In this document: positions 19,093 to 28,015 of the stretch, one piece after another
How the letters are laid out: every line of letters starts with the position of its first letter
How positions within the stretch are numbered: position 1 is the stretch's first letter
Origin: an uncultured Flavobacterium sp.
Lineage (GTDB): Bacteria > Bacteroidota > Bacteroidia > Flavobacteriales > Flavobacteriaceae
Reading direction: 5' to 3'
DNA: 35,398 nucleotides
Assembly (NCBI GenBank): GCA_964485155.1
Contig: CAZAIL010000001.1
Span: 1 to 35,398 of the forward strand
Program-made: the position numbers and the translations under genes
Notes under the pieces: generated by a model
The model's database searches: none
Told to the model about the DNA's origin: nothing
Seen by the model: the letters and a program-made list of their open reading frames with translations, nothing else

Positions 19093-19412
19093 TTATATTA
19101 TTTTCAAATATTCAGATATTATAACTAATGTTTTGTCAAAAATTTCAGATTTATCTTTAGAATTTACTCTGAGGTTATGTTCGTAGGCATTTGCATTTTT
19201 ATAACAATTTTCAAGTCCTAAAATACTAATTTTATGTTTAAGTCTGTGGACATTATCTTTTATTTTTTTAAAATCATTTTTACTAAAACTTTCATAATAG
19301 TCTTGTTTCTCCTCAGGAAACTCTGTTTTGATTACATCTATAAATATATATTTTTAATAGAATCATCTTCTCTTGCCAAACTATTTATATAATTTAAGTT
19401 AGGTTTTTCCAT
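19093..19412 (-). pseudogene. Hpt (histidine phosphotransfer) protein, frameshifted, copy 1
   Basis: MEKPNLNYINSLAREDDSIKNI, then +2 nt in the TA run at 19344-19351, then FIDVIKTEFPEEK...VHRLKHKISILGLE...EYLKII*; 320 nt = 106 codons + 2. Confidence 0.85.
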
Positions 19413-19414
19413 AT

Positions 19415-19783
19415 TTATTTTTTTATTATAAAATAAAAAGTAGTTTCAATCCCAACTTTACTTTCTAGCCAAATATCCATTATAAAAATTAACAATTTTT
19501 TTCACGATAGATAAACCAATACCTGTAGATTTTTCATAGTTATTTAAATGATAAAAAAATTAAATATTTTATCATGAAATCTCTTGTCGATTCGCATGCC
19601 ATTGTCTTTGATTGAAAATTGATAAAATAATTTTTTTTCAATAAAATCTAATTCAATTATAACATACTCTTTATTAAAAAAGGTTATTACATTGTTAATT
19701 AAATTTAAAAATAGTTGTTGGGATTTTGTTTTTTTACTTTTTATTTTTGGTAATTTTTTAAGGATATTTATTGATAAGTTATT
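19415..19783 (-). pseudogene. Degenerate duplicate of the histidine kinase HATPase 3' end
   Basis: Homologous to 20881-21252 with many substitutions and small deletions (ATATCCAT vs ATATCTCCAT) that break the frame. Confidence 0.9.
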
Positions 19784-19855
19784 AATAGTAAATACATTAA
19801 GAGGAATACTTCACTTTTTGTATTGGAAGGTAATTAAGAGTAAGAAGGAGGATAT

Positions 19856-20551
19856 TTATAATAAATCTAATCGCTGTATTAGAATAGATCTTTTTGAACG
19901 ACTTATAGGTACTAATTCTTTTTGAACAAGAACAGTATTGTCCTGAATGTCAATAATTTGATTGGTATTTATAATATAAGAACGATGAACTTGGATAAAC
20001 ATATTATCGGGTAGTTTATCATTAATTTTTCTTAATGTAGAATGAACTACATAATTTTCTACTTCAGTTTTAATGATTACGTAATCTCCACTAGCTTCAA
20101 TTACATGAATAGAATCAATTTCAATTTTTACAAGACGTTTGTTTACGTTAATATAAAAAGCTTTATTTATCTCAAGCTGTTTAGTTACATCAGTTGAAGA
20201 GACTAATTTATTAGTAACTTTAGAAATAGATTTCTTAAACCTAGAGATTTCTATAGGTTTGAGGAGATAGTCTATAATAAAATCATATTCGAACGCTTCA
20301 ATCGCAAATTTTGGATCGGATGTTGTTAAGATGATATTTATTGGTTTTTTTAGAGTTTTAATAAAATCTAAACCATTAAAACTTGGCATATGATAATCTA
20401 AAAAAACAAGATCTACTTCGTATTTATTTAAAAACTTAATAGCATCTATTGCATTACTAAATTCATTAATAACATTTAAATTTGTTTGGTCACAAAGAGT
20501 TTTCAGAATAACTCTGGAGACCTTTTCGTCATCAATAATAATACAATTCAT
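19856..20551 (-). CDS. LytTR-family response regulator, copy 2 (canonical C-terminus)
   Basis: As copy 1 but QVHRSYIIN...VPISRSKR. Confidence 0.94.
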   Translation of the reverse strand: MNCIIIDDEKVSRVILKTLCDQTNLNVINEFSNAIDAIKFLNKYEVDLVFLDYHMPSFNGLDFIKTLKKPINIILTTSDPKFAIEAFEYDFIIDYLLKPIEISRFKKSISKVTNKLVSSTDVTKQLEINKAFYINVNKRLVKIEIDSIHVIEASGDYVIIKTEVENYVVHSTLRKINDKLPDNMFIQVHRSYIINTNQIIDIQDNTVLVQKELVPISRSKRSILIQRLDLL

Positions 20552-20558
20552 AAAGGGG

Positions 20559-20878
20559 TTATATTATTTTCAAATATTCAGATATTATAACTAATGTTTT
20601 GTCAAAAATTTCAGATTTATCTTTAGAATTTACTCTGAGGTTATGTTCGTAGGCATTTGCATTTTTATAACAATTTTCAAGTCCTAAAATACTAATTTTA
20701 TGTTTAAGTCTGTGGACATTATCTTTTATTTTTTTAAAATCATTTTTACTAAAACTTTCATAATAGTCTTGTTTCTCCTCAGGAAACTCTGTTTTGATTA
20801 CATCTATAAATATATATTTTTAATAGAATCATCTTCTCTTGCCAAACTATTTATATAATTTAAGTTAGGTTTTTCCAT
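20559..20878 (-). pseudogene. Hpt protein, frameshifted, copy 2
   Basis: Identical to 19093-19412, including the TA-run frameshift at 20810-20817. Confidence 0.85.
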
Positions 20879-20880
20879 AT

Positions 20881-23742
20881 TTATTTTTTTATTGTAAAAT
20901 AAAAAGTAGTTCCAATCCCAAGTTCACTTTCTAGCCAAATATCTCCATTATAAAAATTAACAATTTTTTTCACGATTGATAAACCAATACCTGTAGATTT
21001 TTCATTGTTATTTAAATGATAAAAAATTTTAAATATTTTGTCATGAAACCTCTTGTCGATTCCCATGCCATTGTCTTTGATAGAAAATTGATAAAATAAT
21101 TTTTTTTCAATAAAATCTATTTCAATTATACCATACTCTTTATTCAAAAAGGTTATTGCATTGCTAATTAAGTTTAAAAATAGTTGTTGGAATTTTGTTT
21201 TTTCACCTTTTATTTTTGGTAATTTTTTAAGGATATTTATTGATAAGTTATTTGGGATAAATATAATTTCTTTTATGTCTATTAAAAGTAGGTTTAAATC
21301 AATTTCTTGAGGATTATTAGTTTTAAATCCTGAACTAGAATACTCTAACACATTAGATATTAGTTGCTCCATTGTTTCCAAAGTAGTTTCAATTAATTCA
21401 AAATTTTGAATAGTTGGTAGATCAAATTGATCTTTATTATCAGTCTTTATCCATGAAACGAGTGCGTCAATGCTTCTTAATGGAGTTTTTAGATCATGAG
21501 AAACTATATGAGCATATTCTTGTAACTCATTGTTACTATTCTCTAATTCATAAAGTAATTGTTTATTCTGTTCCTCTTTTTCTTCAAGCTTTCTAATACT
21601 TAAAGCAGTTTTTAATTGTATGGAAACTATATTTGCAATACTTTCCAAAACCTCAATATTCTTTTGAGAGTAATAATTTTTTTCAGGGTGTTCAGAATCA
21701 ATAATCCCAATTACTTCTCCATCAACAATTATAGGCACGGTGATTTCTGAGAATCTAATATCATCATCAACGATATATCTTTTATCTATTGAAGTATCTT
21801 TTATTATTTCAGAAACACCTGTTTTTACAACACTTCCTACGACCCCTTCGCCAATTGGAATAATTAATTTATTTTTAATTTTTTTTTCTTCATCTAATTT
21901 CTGACCATAAACCGCAAGTTGTTCTAATGTCTTTTTTTTATGATCAACAATATATATAACACAATCATTAGAATCAAGATAATCAGCTATTTTATTAACA
22001 ATTTCCCAAGCAATTTGATAAATATCGGTAAGACCTAAAATAGACTTAGTAAAATTATTAACCATATCTATAATCAATTTTTTTTCTCTTTCATGGGTAA
22101 TATCTTCTATCAATGTAAGAAGATATTTGATATTCCCCTGAGAATCTCTAACAGCATTTACATCTGATTTTACCCAAATAATAGAACCGTCACTTTTTCT
22201 ATAACGGTTATTAGATGAAAAACTATCAATATCTCCTCTATTTATTTTTAAAAGATTGTACTCACTTTCTTCAAAATCTTCAGGAATTAAGAAACTTACT
22301 AAAGTTCGTTTAGTAAGTTCTTTTTCTGAGAAACCCAACATATTCTGAAACGTTAAATTCGTTTTTAATATGTTCCCTAATTGTGTTAAAACTATGCCAA
22401 CTGGAGTATTATTAATAATAATATCTAATTCTCTTTTTTGCTCTCTAATTAGTTCTGTGTTTAGTTTGGCTTGGGTAATATCTAAATGAATTCCTATAGA
22501 ACCAGTAACGACACCATTTAAATCATAATTGGGTGCACCACTGATTAACCAATGTTTTAATTCCTGTTTTTTATTTCTGACTTGTAATTCAAAAGAACTT
22601 GATTTACCATTTAATCGTTTTAGATTTTGCTCTAAAATTATATTTTCATCAGTTGATGAAAGAAAAACCTTTCTCGCGGTTTTACCAATTAATTCTTCTT
22701 CTGTATATCCAGACATTTTAAAAAAACTTTGATTGACCATCAAAATTTTATCATTTAAATCAACCTCAAGAAGACCTAAGTTCATATTCGCAATAATGCT
22801 ACTATATTTCTCTTTTTGAGTTTCTAAAATCTTACTGTATTGTTTAGTAAAAGTAATATCTCTAAAAGTCCAAAGGTGTCCTTTATATTCATCTCCTTTT
22901 AATATTGGAACAAAATCTATTTCTAAAGTTCTACCATCTTTCATTAGTAGTTCTTCTCCTAAAACCTGTTTTTTATTTTTTAATATTTTATTTAATTTGG
23001 AAGAAAAACTATCGAAATCTTTAAATAAGAGTTTGCGGCTCTTGGAAGCATTAGAGCAATCTAAACCTATGAGGGCTTCTGGTGTTAATCGAATTTTAAA
23101 TAAATCACAAAATTTAGTATTTGTTAATACTAATTTTCTATTTTCATCCTCTAACAAAACACCTGTATATAAATTTTGAATAAGAGAAGAAAGTCTGTTT
23201 TCAGACTCTATTAAAAGATCTTCAGAGTCTTTGTTATGTGTAATATCTCTTATAATACCCTGAGCTGCTATTGGATTGTTATCCTTGTTTACTATAATGG
23301 AGGCATTAATTTGAACCCATTTTAAATTCTTATGTTTTGTAATAACTCTAGAAGTGAAATTAATAAAAGAACCCTCGTCTTTCAGTTTTTCAAATGATTG
23401 ATATGAATATTCACTGTCTGAATCGCAAATTAAATCAGTTACATTAAATAACTCTTTTTCAATGTCATAACCAAACATATCAATAGCAATATCATTCATT
23501 TTCAATACATTTCCAAACAAGTCAATTACTATATATGCATCATTGATATTATCAAATACACCCTTAAGTTGTGTTGACTTTTCGTTTAAAAGATTTTCTA
23601 AACGGAGATTAGTTTTCCTTAATTCTTCTGATAAATAGTATAAATTTTTAGATTTATCATCAAGTATTTTTTCTGCTTCTTTTCTGGCTGCTTTTTCTCT
23701 TTTTAAAGCACGTTGAAGTATTTCAATTTTATCTTGACTCAT
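20881..23742 (-). CDS. Cytoplasmic sensor histidine kinase: coiled coil, 4 PAS, GAF, HisKA, HATPase
   Basis: Four PAS/PAC units ending IIRDIT, TFRDIT, IHLDIT, LIEDIT; GAF GEGVVG...SEITVPII; H box VSHDLKTPL; NLISNA, DNGMGI, GIGLSIV; no obvious transmembrane helix. Confidence 0.93.
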   Translation of the reverse strand: MSQDKIEILQRALKREKAARKEAEKILDDKSKNLYYLSEELRKTNLRLENLLNEKSTQLKGVFDNINDAYIVIDLFGNVLKMNDIAIDMFGYDIEKELFNVTDLICDSDSEYSYQSFEKLKDEGSFINFTSRVITKHKNLKWVQINASIIVNKDNNPIAAQGIIRDITHNKDSEDLLIESENRLSSLIQNLYTGVLLEDENRKLVLTNTKFCDLFKIRLTPEALIGLDCSNASKSRKLLFKDFDSFSSKLNKILKNKKQVLGEELLMKDGRTLEIDFVPILKGDEYKGHLWTFRDITFTKQYSKILETQKEKYSSIIANMNLGLLEVDLNDKILMVNQSFFKMSGYTEEELIGKTARKVFLSSTDENIILEQNLKRLNGKSSSFELQVRNKKQELKHWLISGAPNYDLNGVVTGSIGIHLDITQAKLNTELIREQKRELDIIINNTPVGIVLTQLGNILKTNLTFQNMLGFSEKELTKRTLVSFLIPEDFEESEYNLLKINRGDIDSFSSNNRYRKSDGSIIWVKSDVNAVRDSQGNIKYLLTLIEDITHEREKKLIIDMVNNFTKSILGLTDIYQIAWEIVNKIADYLDSNDCVIYIVDHKKKTLEQLAVYGQKLDEEKKIKNKLIIPIGEGVVGSVVKTGVSEIIKDTSIDKRYIVDDDIRFSEITVPIIVDGEVIGIIDSEHPEKNYYSQKNIEVLESIANIVSIQLKTALSIRKLEEKEEQNKQLLYELENSNNELQEYAHIVSHDLKTPLRSIDALVSWIKTDNKDQFDLPTIQNFELIETTLETMEQLISNVLEYSSSGFKTNNPQEIDLNLLLIDIKEIIFIPNNLSINILKKLPKIKGEKTKFQQLFLNLISNAITFLNKEYGIIEIDFIEKKLFYQFSIKDNGMGIDKRFHDKIFKIFYHLNNNEKSTGIGLSIVKKIVNFYNGDIWLESELGIGTTFYFTIKK

Positions 23743-23745
23743 TAT

Positions 23746-24063
23746 CTATTTTTTCAATAATAAACCTTGCCTCAGTTCCATCTCTGTTGGATCATTATAA
23801 GCAGACAGTAGATCTTTATAACTTGTTTCAATAACACTAAAAAAATGTTCACCGTAAATTAATAATAAATTATCAATTGAAATACCAGTGTAATCTCTTA
23901 AATTTTCAAGTAATTGAAACATTTCAGAAAAACTATAAGTACCAATTGAGGTATAAAAACCCTGTGATTCTAACTTAGATTGATAAATAATTTTATCAAC
24001 TACTTCTAACCCGTACCTTTCTTCAACAAGTTCTAAGAATTGTGTAAAAACTATCCCTTTCAT
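23746..24063 (-). pseudogene. H-NOX (heme NO/O2-binding) protein with internal deletion and frameshift
   Basis: MKGIVFTQFLELVEERYG...YTSIGTY is an H-NOX N-terminus; only 105 aa, no proximal His or YxSxR; the family C-terminus DGTEARFIIEK lies out of frame right after DPTEM. Confidence 0.82.
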
Positions 24064-24479
24064 AATAAATCTCCTATCAACTCATTATGCGACCAGTAGG
24101 ACAACATTGATGCAATCTTATCAACATAATCATCATATTTTAAAGGCTTTAGTATATAACCCGAAATCCCTAACTTATAACATTCTAAAAGGTCATTTTG
24201 ATAGTTAGATGTTGTTAAAATAATTGTTGGAATATGATTAAATTTTTCATTTTTTTTTAAAATAGAAAGGAACTCTATACCACCAATTTTTGGCATATTT
24301 AAGTCCAATAAAATAATATCAGGAATTGTATTTTTTGCTTTTAAGTAAAGTAAAGCTTCTTCTCCATTTCTTACTTCAACTAATTTATAATTATTATTTA
24401 GTGTAGTAATTGTTCTTCTAATTTTCATTATTTCAATCACATTATCTTCAACTAATAATATGCTTAAAAAATTTTTCAT
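24060..24479 (-). CDS. Single-domain response regulator (Rcp1/CheY-like receiver)
   Basis: ILLVEDN, PDIILLDLNMPK, IILTTS, GYILKP, terminal YWS. Confidence 0.92.
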   Translation of the reverse strand: MKNFLSILLVEDNVIEIMKIRRTITTLNNNYKLVEVRNGEEALLYLKAKNTIPDIILLDLNMPKIGGIEFLSILKKNEKFNHIPTIILTTSNYQNDLLECYKLGISGYILKPLKYDDYVDKIASMLSYWSHNELIGDLL

Positions 24480-24600
24480 GGTTATAAATTTTAGGGAAAT
24501 TTATGTGAAAATGATTCCTTTCTTTATTGAAAAAAGAATTTAAAATTATAGAAAAAAAGACTAGAAATATGGTTAGTAAACTAATTTATAGTCTGCTATA

Positions 24601-24608
24601 CAAAAGTA
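24601..24608 (-). promoter_or_regulatory. -7 promoter element for the signalling operon
   Basis: Minus strand TACTTTTG about 120 nt upstream of the receiver gene ATG. Confidence 0.5.
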
Positions 24609-24672
24609 ATTTTTTTTTGTGATATAAAAAAATTTAAATTTTTAAATAGCAAATTAGAAAAAACTGTTTTTT

Positions 24673-24680
24673 TATATTTG
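24673..24680 (+). promoter_or_regulatory. -7 promoter element for the nucleoid-associated protein gene
   Basis: TATATTTG 36 nt upstream of ATG 24717. Confidence 0.55.
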
Positions 24681-24716
24681 TTATAATTTTTACTTAAAAA
24701 CAAAACTCTAAATAAG

Positions 24717-25763
24717 ATGCTAACAACTACAAATTCCTTTATTTCAAAAGCAACATTACAAAGGGTTGGAAATAAGCTAAGTCAAGAATTAAATCATGTT
24801 GCAGACTCAGAAATAGCGTTGGTAGAATCTGAAGAAGAATTATTGAAAAAATTCTTCTTAAAATCTATTAAATCTAGCTTAGATTTAATGAAATTCACAC
24901 ATCATATTAATTTGGACTATAATACTGTGTTCGGAAATACTTTAAAATACTTTGATAATGAAATTTCATTTATAGAGTATTCTAATAGTGTTTTACATCA
25001 TCTTTATGAAAAATCGAATCATCCACAAATAAAAACTGGTGAAATATTTATTATTCATTTTAAAGAAATTAAATTTCAAGAAATTATTGTGGACGCTATT
25101 GGTATATTTAAAATTGAAAATAAAATAGATTTTTTAAAATTTAACCAACATAAAGATGAATTAGATTTTAACATCAATAAAGGTGTGAAATTACAAAAGA
25201 TTGATAAGGGATGTTTGATTCTTCAAACAGACAAATCTGACGGATTCAGAGTTTTATCAATAGATAACAATAGTTATGATGCTAATTATTGGAAGAAATC
25301 ATTTTTAGACATAGAAGAAGTAATGAATGACTCGTACCAAACAAAACATCATTTAAGTCTGTTATCTAATTTTTCTAATACGATGAAAGATAATAAAAGC
25401 ACTTATGCACAAAAAGAATTCATTAGTCAAGGAATTAAATTATTTAATGAAAATAAAGTAATTACCAAAGATCTTATAGAACAAGAATTGTTGAGCCCAT
25501 TTGACGTAGTTGATTCTTATTCGAAATTTAAGTCACAATACAATAAAGAAAATAATTTAGATTTAGAAGAAAACTTTAATGTATCTAATTCAACTCTAAA
25601 AAAAGAGAAAAGAAAGATTAAAAGTCAAATTAACTTAGATACCAAAATCCAAATAAAAATGGACATCAGTGAAGGGGACAGCTTAAAAGAAAATATTGAA
25701 AAAGGGTTTGATGAAGAAAGAAAAATGCACTATTATAAAGTTTTTTTTAACGAAGAAACCTAA
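24717..25763 (+). CDS. 37-kDa nucleoid-associated protein (NdpA/YejK-like, Bacteroidetes type)
   Basis: RVGNK, HLYEKSNHPQIKTGE, IGIFKIENK, KIDKGCLI, YWKKSFL, IEKGFDEE...YYKVFFNEE. Confidence 0.8.
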   Translation: MLTTTNSFISKATLQRVGNKLSQELNHVADSEIALVESEEELLKKFFLKSIKSSLDLMKFTHHINLDYNTVFGNTLKYFDNEISFIEYSNSVLHHLYEKSNHPQIKTGEIFIIHFKEIKFQEIIVDAIGIFKIENKIDFLKFNQHKDELDFNINKGVKLQKIDKGCLILQTDKSDGFRVLSIDNNSYDANYWKKSFLDIEEVMNDSYQTKHHLSLLSNFSNTMKDNKSTYAQKEFISQGIKLFNENKVITKDLIEQELLSPFDVVDSYSKFKSQYNKENNLDLEENFNVSNSTLKKEKRKIKSQINLDTKIQIKMDISEGDSLKENIEKGFDEERKMHYYKVFFNEET

Positions 25764-25769
25764 TAGCCA

Positions 25770-27053
25770 TTAACTATTTAAAAACGTTTTTAATTCTTTA
25801 TAATTGGCAATCTGAATAGCTGATTTTTCTTTATTAATTACTTCTTTAATTTGTGATGGAATTTCTACACTTACTGGGAGAGTTGCTTCTACAACCTCTA
25901 AAAACTTTACAGGATGCGCTGTTTCTAAAAAAATCCCAAATTCATCTTCATGCAAACCATGTTTTTTTAATCCTAAATACCCAATAGCACCATGAGGTTC
26001 AGAAATATAATTAAACTTATTATAGATATCCTTCATCATTTCTTTTGTTTCATCATCTGAAAAACTAAAGGATGAAAAAGACGCTTTTAATTGAGTTAAA
26101 TTATTTTGAAATAATTCTTGTATTCGGATAAAATTACTTGGGTTTCCAACATCCATAGCATTAGAGATTGTAGCTTTAGATAGTTTTGGTGAATAGATTC
26201 CATTTACTAAATATTGAGGAACCGTATCGTTAATATTAGTAGAGGCTATAAAATGTTTTACAGGTAATCCTAATTTCTGTGCTAGTAAGCCAGCACAAAT
26301 ATTTCCAAAATTACCACTAGGAACAGAAAACACAATATCTTTATGTTGTGCTGAAACTTGTTTATAGGCAAAGAAAAAATAAAACATTTGAGGCAACCAT
26401 CTTGCTACGTTAATTGAATTTGCTGATGTTAATTTTTTAGAAATCTCTTCATCTAGAAAAGCAGATTTCACCATTTCTTGACAATCGTCAAAAACACCGT
26501 CAACCTCAAGAGCTGTAATATTATTTCCTAAAGTAGTTAGCTGTTTTTCTTGGATATCACTTACTTTTTCGCTAGGATAAAGAATCACAACCTGAACACC
26601 TTTTGCGTTTAGAAAACCATTTGCCACAGCGCCTCCAGTATCTCCTGAAGTTGCAACTAATACTGTAATATCTTCTTTATTATCTTGATTAAAGTACTCT
26701 AAACACTGAGACATAAAACGAGCTCCTACATCTTTAAAAGCCATTGTTGGACCATGATATAATTCTAGAGAACCTATATTTTTTTCAATTGTCACAACTG
26801 GAAAATCAAATGAAATTGTTTTTTCAATAATTTCTTTAAGCTTTTCAGCTGGAATTTCATCCCCTATGAATTGTTTAATTACTTCAAAAGCAATTTCTTC
26901 ATTAGAATAATCAGTAATGTGATCAATAAAGTCTTGAGAAATAGGAGTTATATTCTCAGGATAATACAAACCTCTGTCTGGTGCAATTCCGTTTACAACC
27001 GCCTGTTTAAAAGATGCGATTGGTGATGAATGATTTAAACTAAAGTAATTCAT
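25770..27053 (-). CDS. thrC: Threonine synthase
   Basis: LELYHGPTMAFKD (PLP lysine), ATSGDTG, SANSIN, VPSGNFGN, ETAHPVKF. Confidence 0.97.
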   Translation of the reverse strand: MNYFSLNHSSPIASFKQAVVNGIAPDRGLYYPENITPISQDFIDHITDYSNEEIAFEVIKQFIGDEIPAEKLKEIIEKTISFDFPVVTIEKNIGSLELYHGPTMAFKDVGARFMSQCLEYFNQDNKEDITVLVATSGDTGGAVANGFLNAKGVQVVILYPSEKVSDIQEKQLTTLGNNITALEVDGVFDDCQEMVKSAFLDEEISKKLTSANSINVARWLPQMFYFFFAYKQVSAQHKDIVFSVPSGNFGNICAGLLAQKLGLPVKHFIASTNINDTVPQYLVNGIYSPKLSKATISNAMDVGNPSNFIRIQELFQNNLTQLKASFSSFSFSDDETKEMMKDIYNKFNYISEPHGAIGYLGLKKHGLHEDEFGIFLETAHPVKFLEVVEATLPVSVEIPSQIKEVINKEKSAIQIANYKELKTFLNS

Positions 27054-27979
27054 ATCTTATACAATATTTTTATTCCTTGTTGATTAATTTTTGAAACATG
27101 AATGTCATACTCAATATCAGTTTTATCATATATTTCTGACATTACTCTTCCTACTTTAGTGGCAATATCCTTTCCTCTACACAATGCAAATATTGAGGGA
27201 CCAGAACCAGAAATTCCAGCACCCAATGCACCAGCGTCTATGGCACTCATTTTTACTTGATTAAATTTAGGAATTAAAACTGAACGATTAGGTTCTATAA
27301 TTTCATCATGTAAAGACCTACTAATTAAGTCATAATTACTGGTATACAACCCACTAATCAAGCCTCCAAAATTACCCATTTGTTTCACCATTTTTTTAAG
27401 CGATACCTGATTTTTTAAAACAGCACGTGAGTCTGAAGTTTTAATTTCTATTTGAGGATGAATGACGGCAACATATAATTCTGTTGGTGCATCAATTTTG
27501 AGAACTTCTAATGGCTCATAACTTCTAACCAATGTAAAACCACCAAGTATGGCAGGTGAAACATTGTCTGCATGTGCAGAACCACTTGCTAATTTTTCAC
27601 CTTGCATTGCAAATGAAATTAGCTCCTTAGCAGAAAAAGGCTTGCTTAACAACTCATTGATAGCAAAAACGGCACCTGCAGCACTAGCCGCACTACTACC
27701 AATACCACTTCCAGGCTTAATATTTTTATAAATTTCTATTTCAAAACCAACAGTTGATTGAATGTTCTTAAGCAAAGCCAGTGCAGCTACCCCTGCAACA
27801 TTATTTTGAGTTTCAATTGGCAAATCCTGACCTATAATATGTGTTATTTTAACTCCTTTCTCTGCTACTTCTTTAACCACCATTTCATCACCAACGGTAT
27901 CTAAACAAAGTCCTAAAATATCAAACCCACAAGAAATGTTAGCAACTGTTGCTGGCGAAAAGATTTTAATTTCTCTCAT
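27050..27979 (-). CDS. thrB: Homoserine kinase
   Basis: PATVANISCGFD, GHMP motif PGSGIGSSAAS, HADNV, ISGSGPS. Confidence 0.97.
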   Translation of the reverse strand: MREIKIFSPATVANISCGFDILGLCLDTVGDEMVVKEVAEKGVKITHIIGQDLPIETQNNVAGVAALALLKNIQSTVGFEIEIYKNIKPGSGIGSSAASAAGAVFAINELLSKPFSAKELISFAMQGEKLASGSAHADNVSPAILGGFTLVRSYEPLEVLKIDAPTELYVAVIHPQIEIKTSDSRAVLKNQVSLKKMVKQMGNFGGLISGLYTSNYDLISRSLHDEIIEPNRSVLIPKFNQVKMSAIDAGALGAGISGSGPSIFALCRGKDIATKVGRVMSEIYDKTDIEYDIHVSKINQQGIKILYKI

Positions 27980-28015
27980 TACATCATTTTTTTATTAATT
28001 TATTGCAGTTAATAA

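Larger units (their letters stand above)
18338..19783. repeat. Tandem duplication, copy 1 (mnmE 3' end, LytTR, Hpt, kinase 3' fragment)
   Basis: Aligns by eye with 19815-21252; offset 1466 in the core. Confidence 0.95.
19815..21252. repeat. Tandem duplication, copy 2
   Basis: Starts with TTTTTGTATTGGAAGGTAATTAAG, a 23/24 match to the mnmE 3' end at 18338-18361. Confidence 0.95.

Noticed and set aside
19692-19925. 77-aa plus-strand ORF across the duplication junction
   Set aside because: Antisense to the kinase remnant and LytTR, TTG start, no motif; likely chance.
18390-19995. Diversity-generating retroelement (TR/VR pair), suggested by C-terminally clustered differences between the LytTR copies
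   Set aside because: Differences are not adenine-specific (C/G, T/A, CAG/TTA, CG/AA, C/A) and there is no reverse transcriptase gene in the window.
18338-25763. Intact integrative element or prophage at mnmE
   Set aside because: No integrase, transposase, replication or phage genes, and I saw no distal copy of the repeat closing the cassette.
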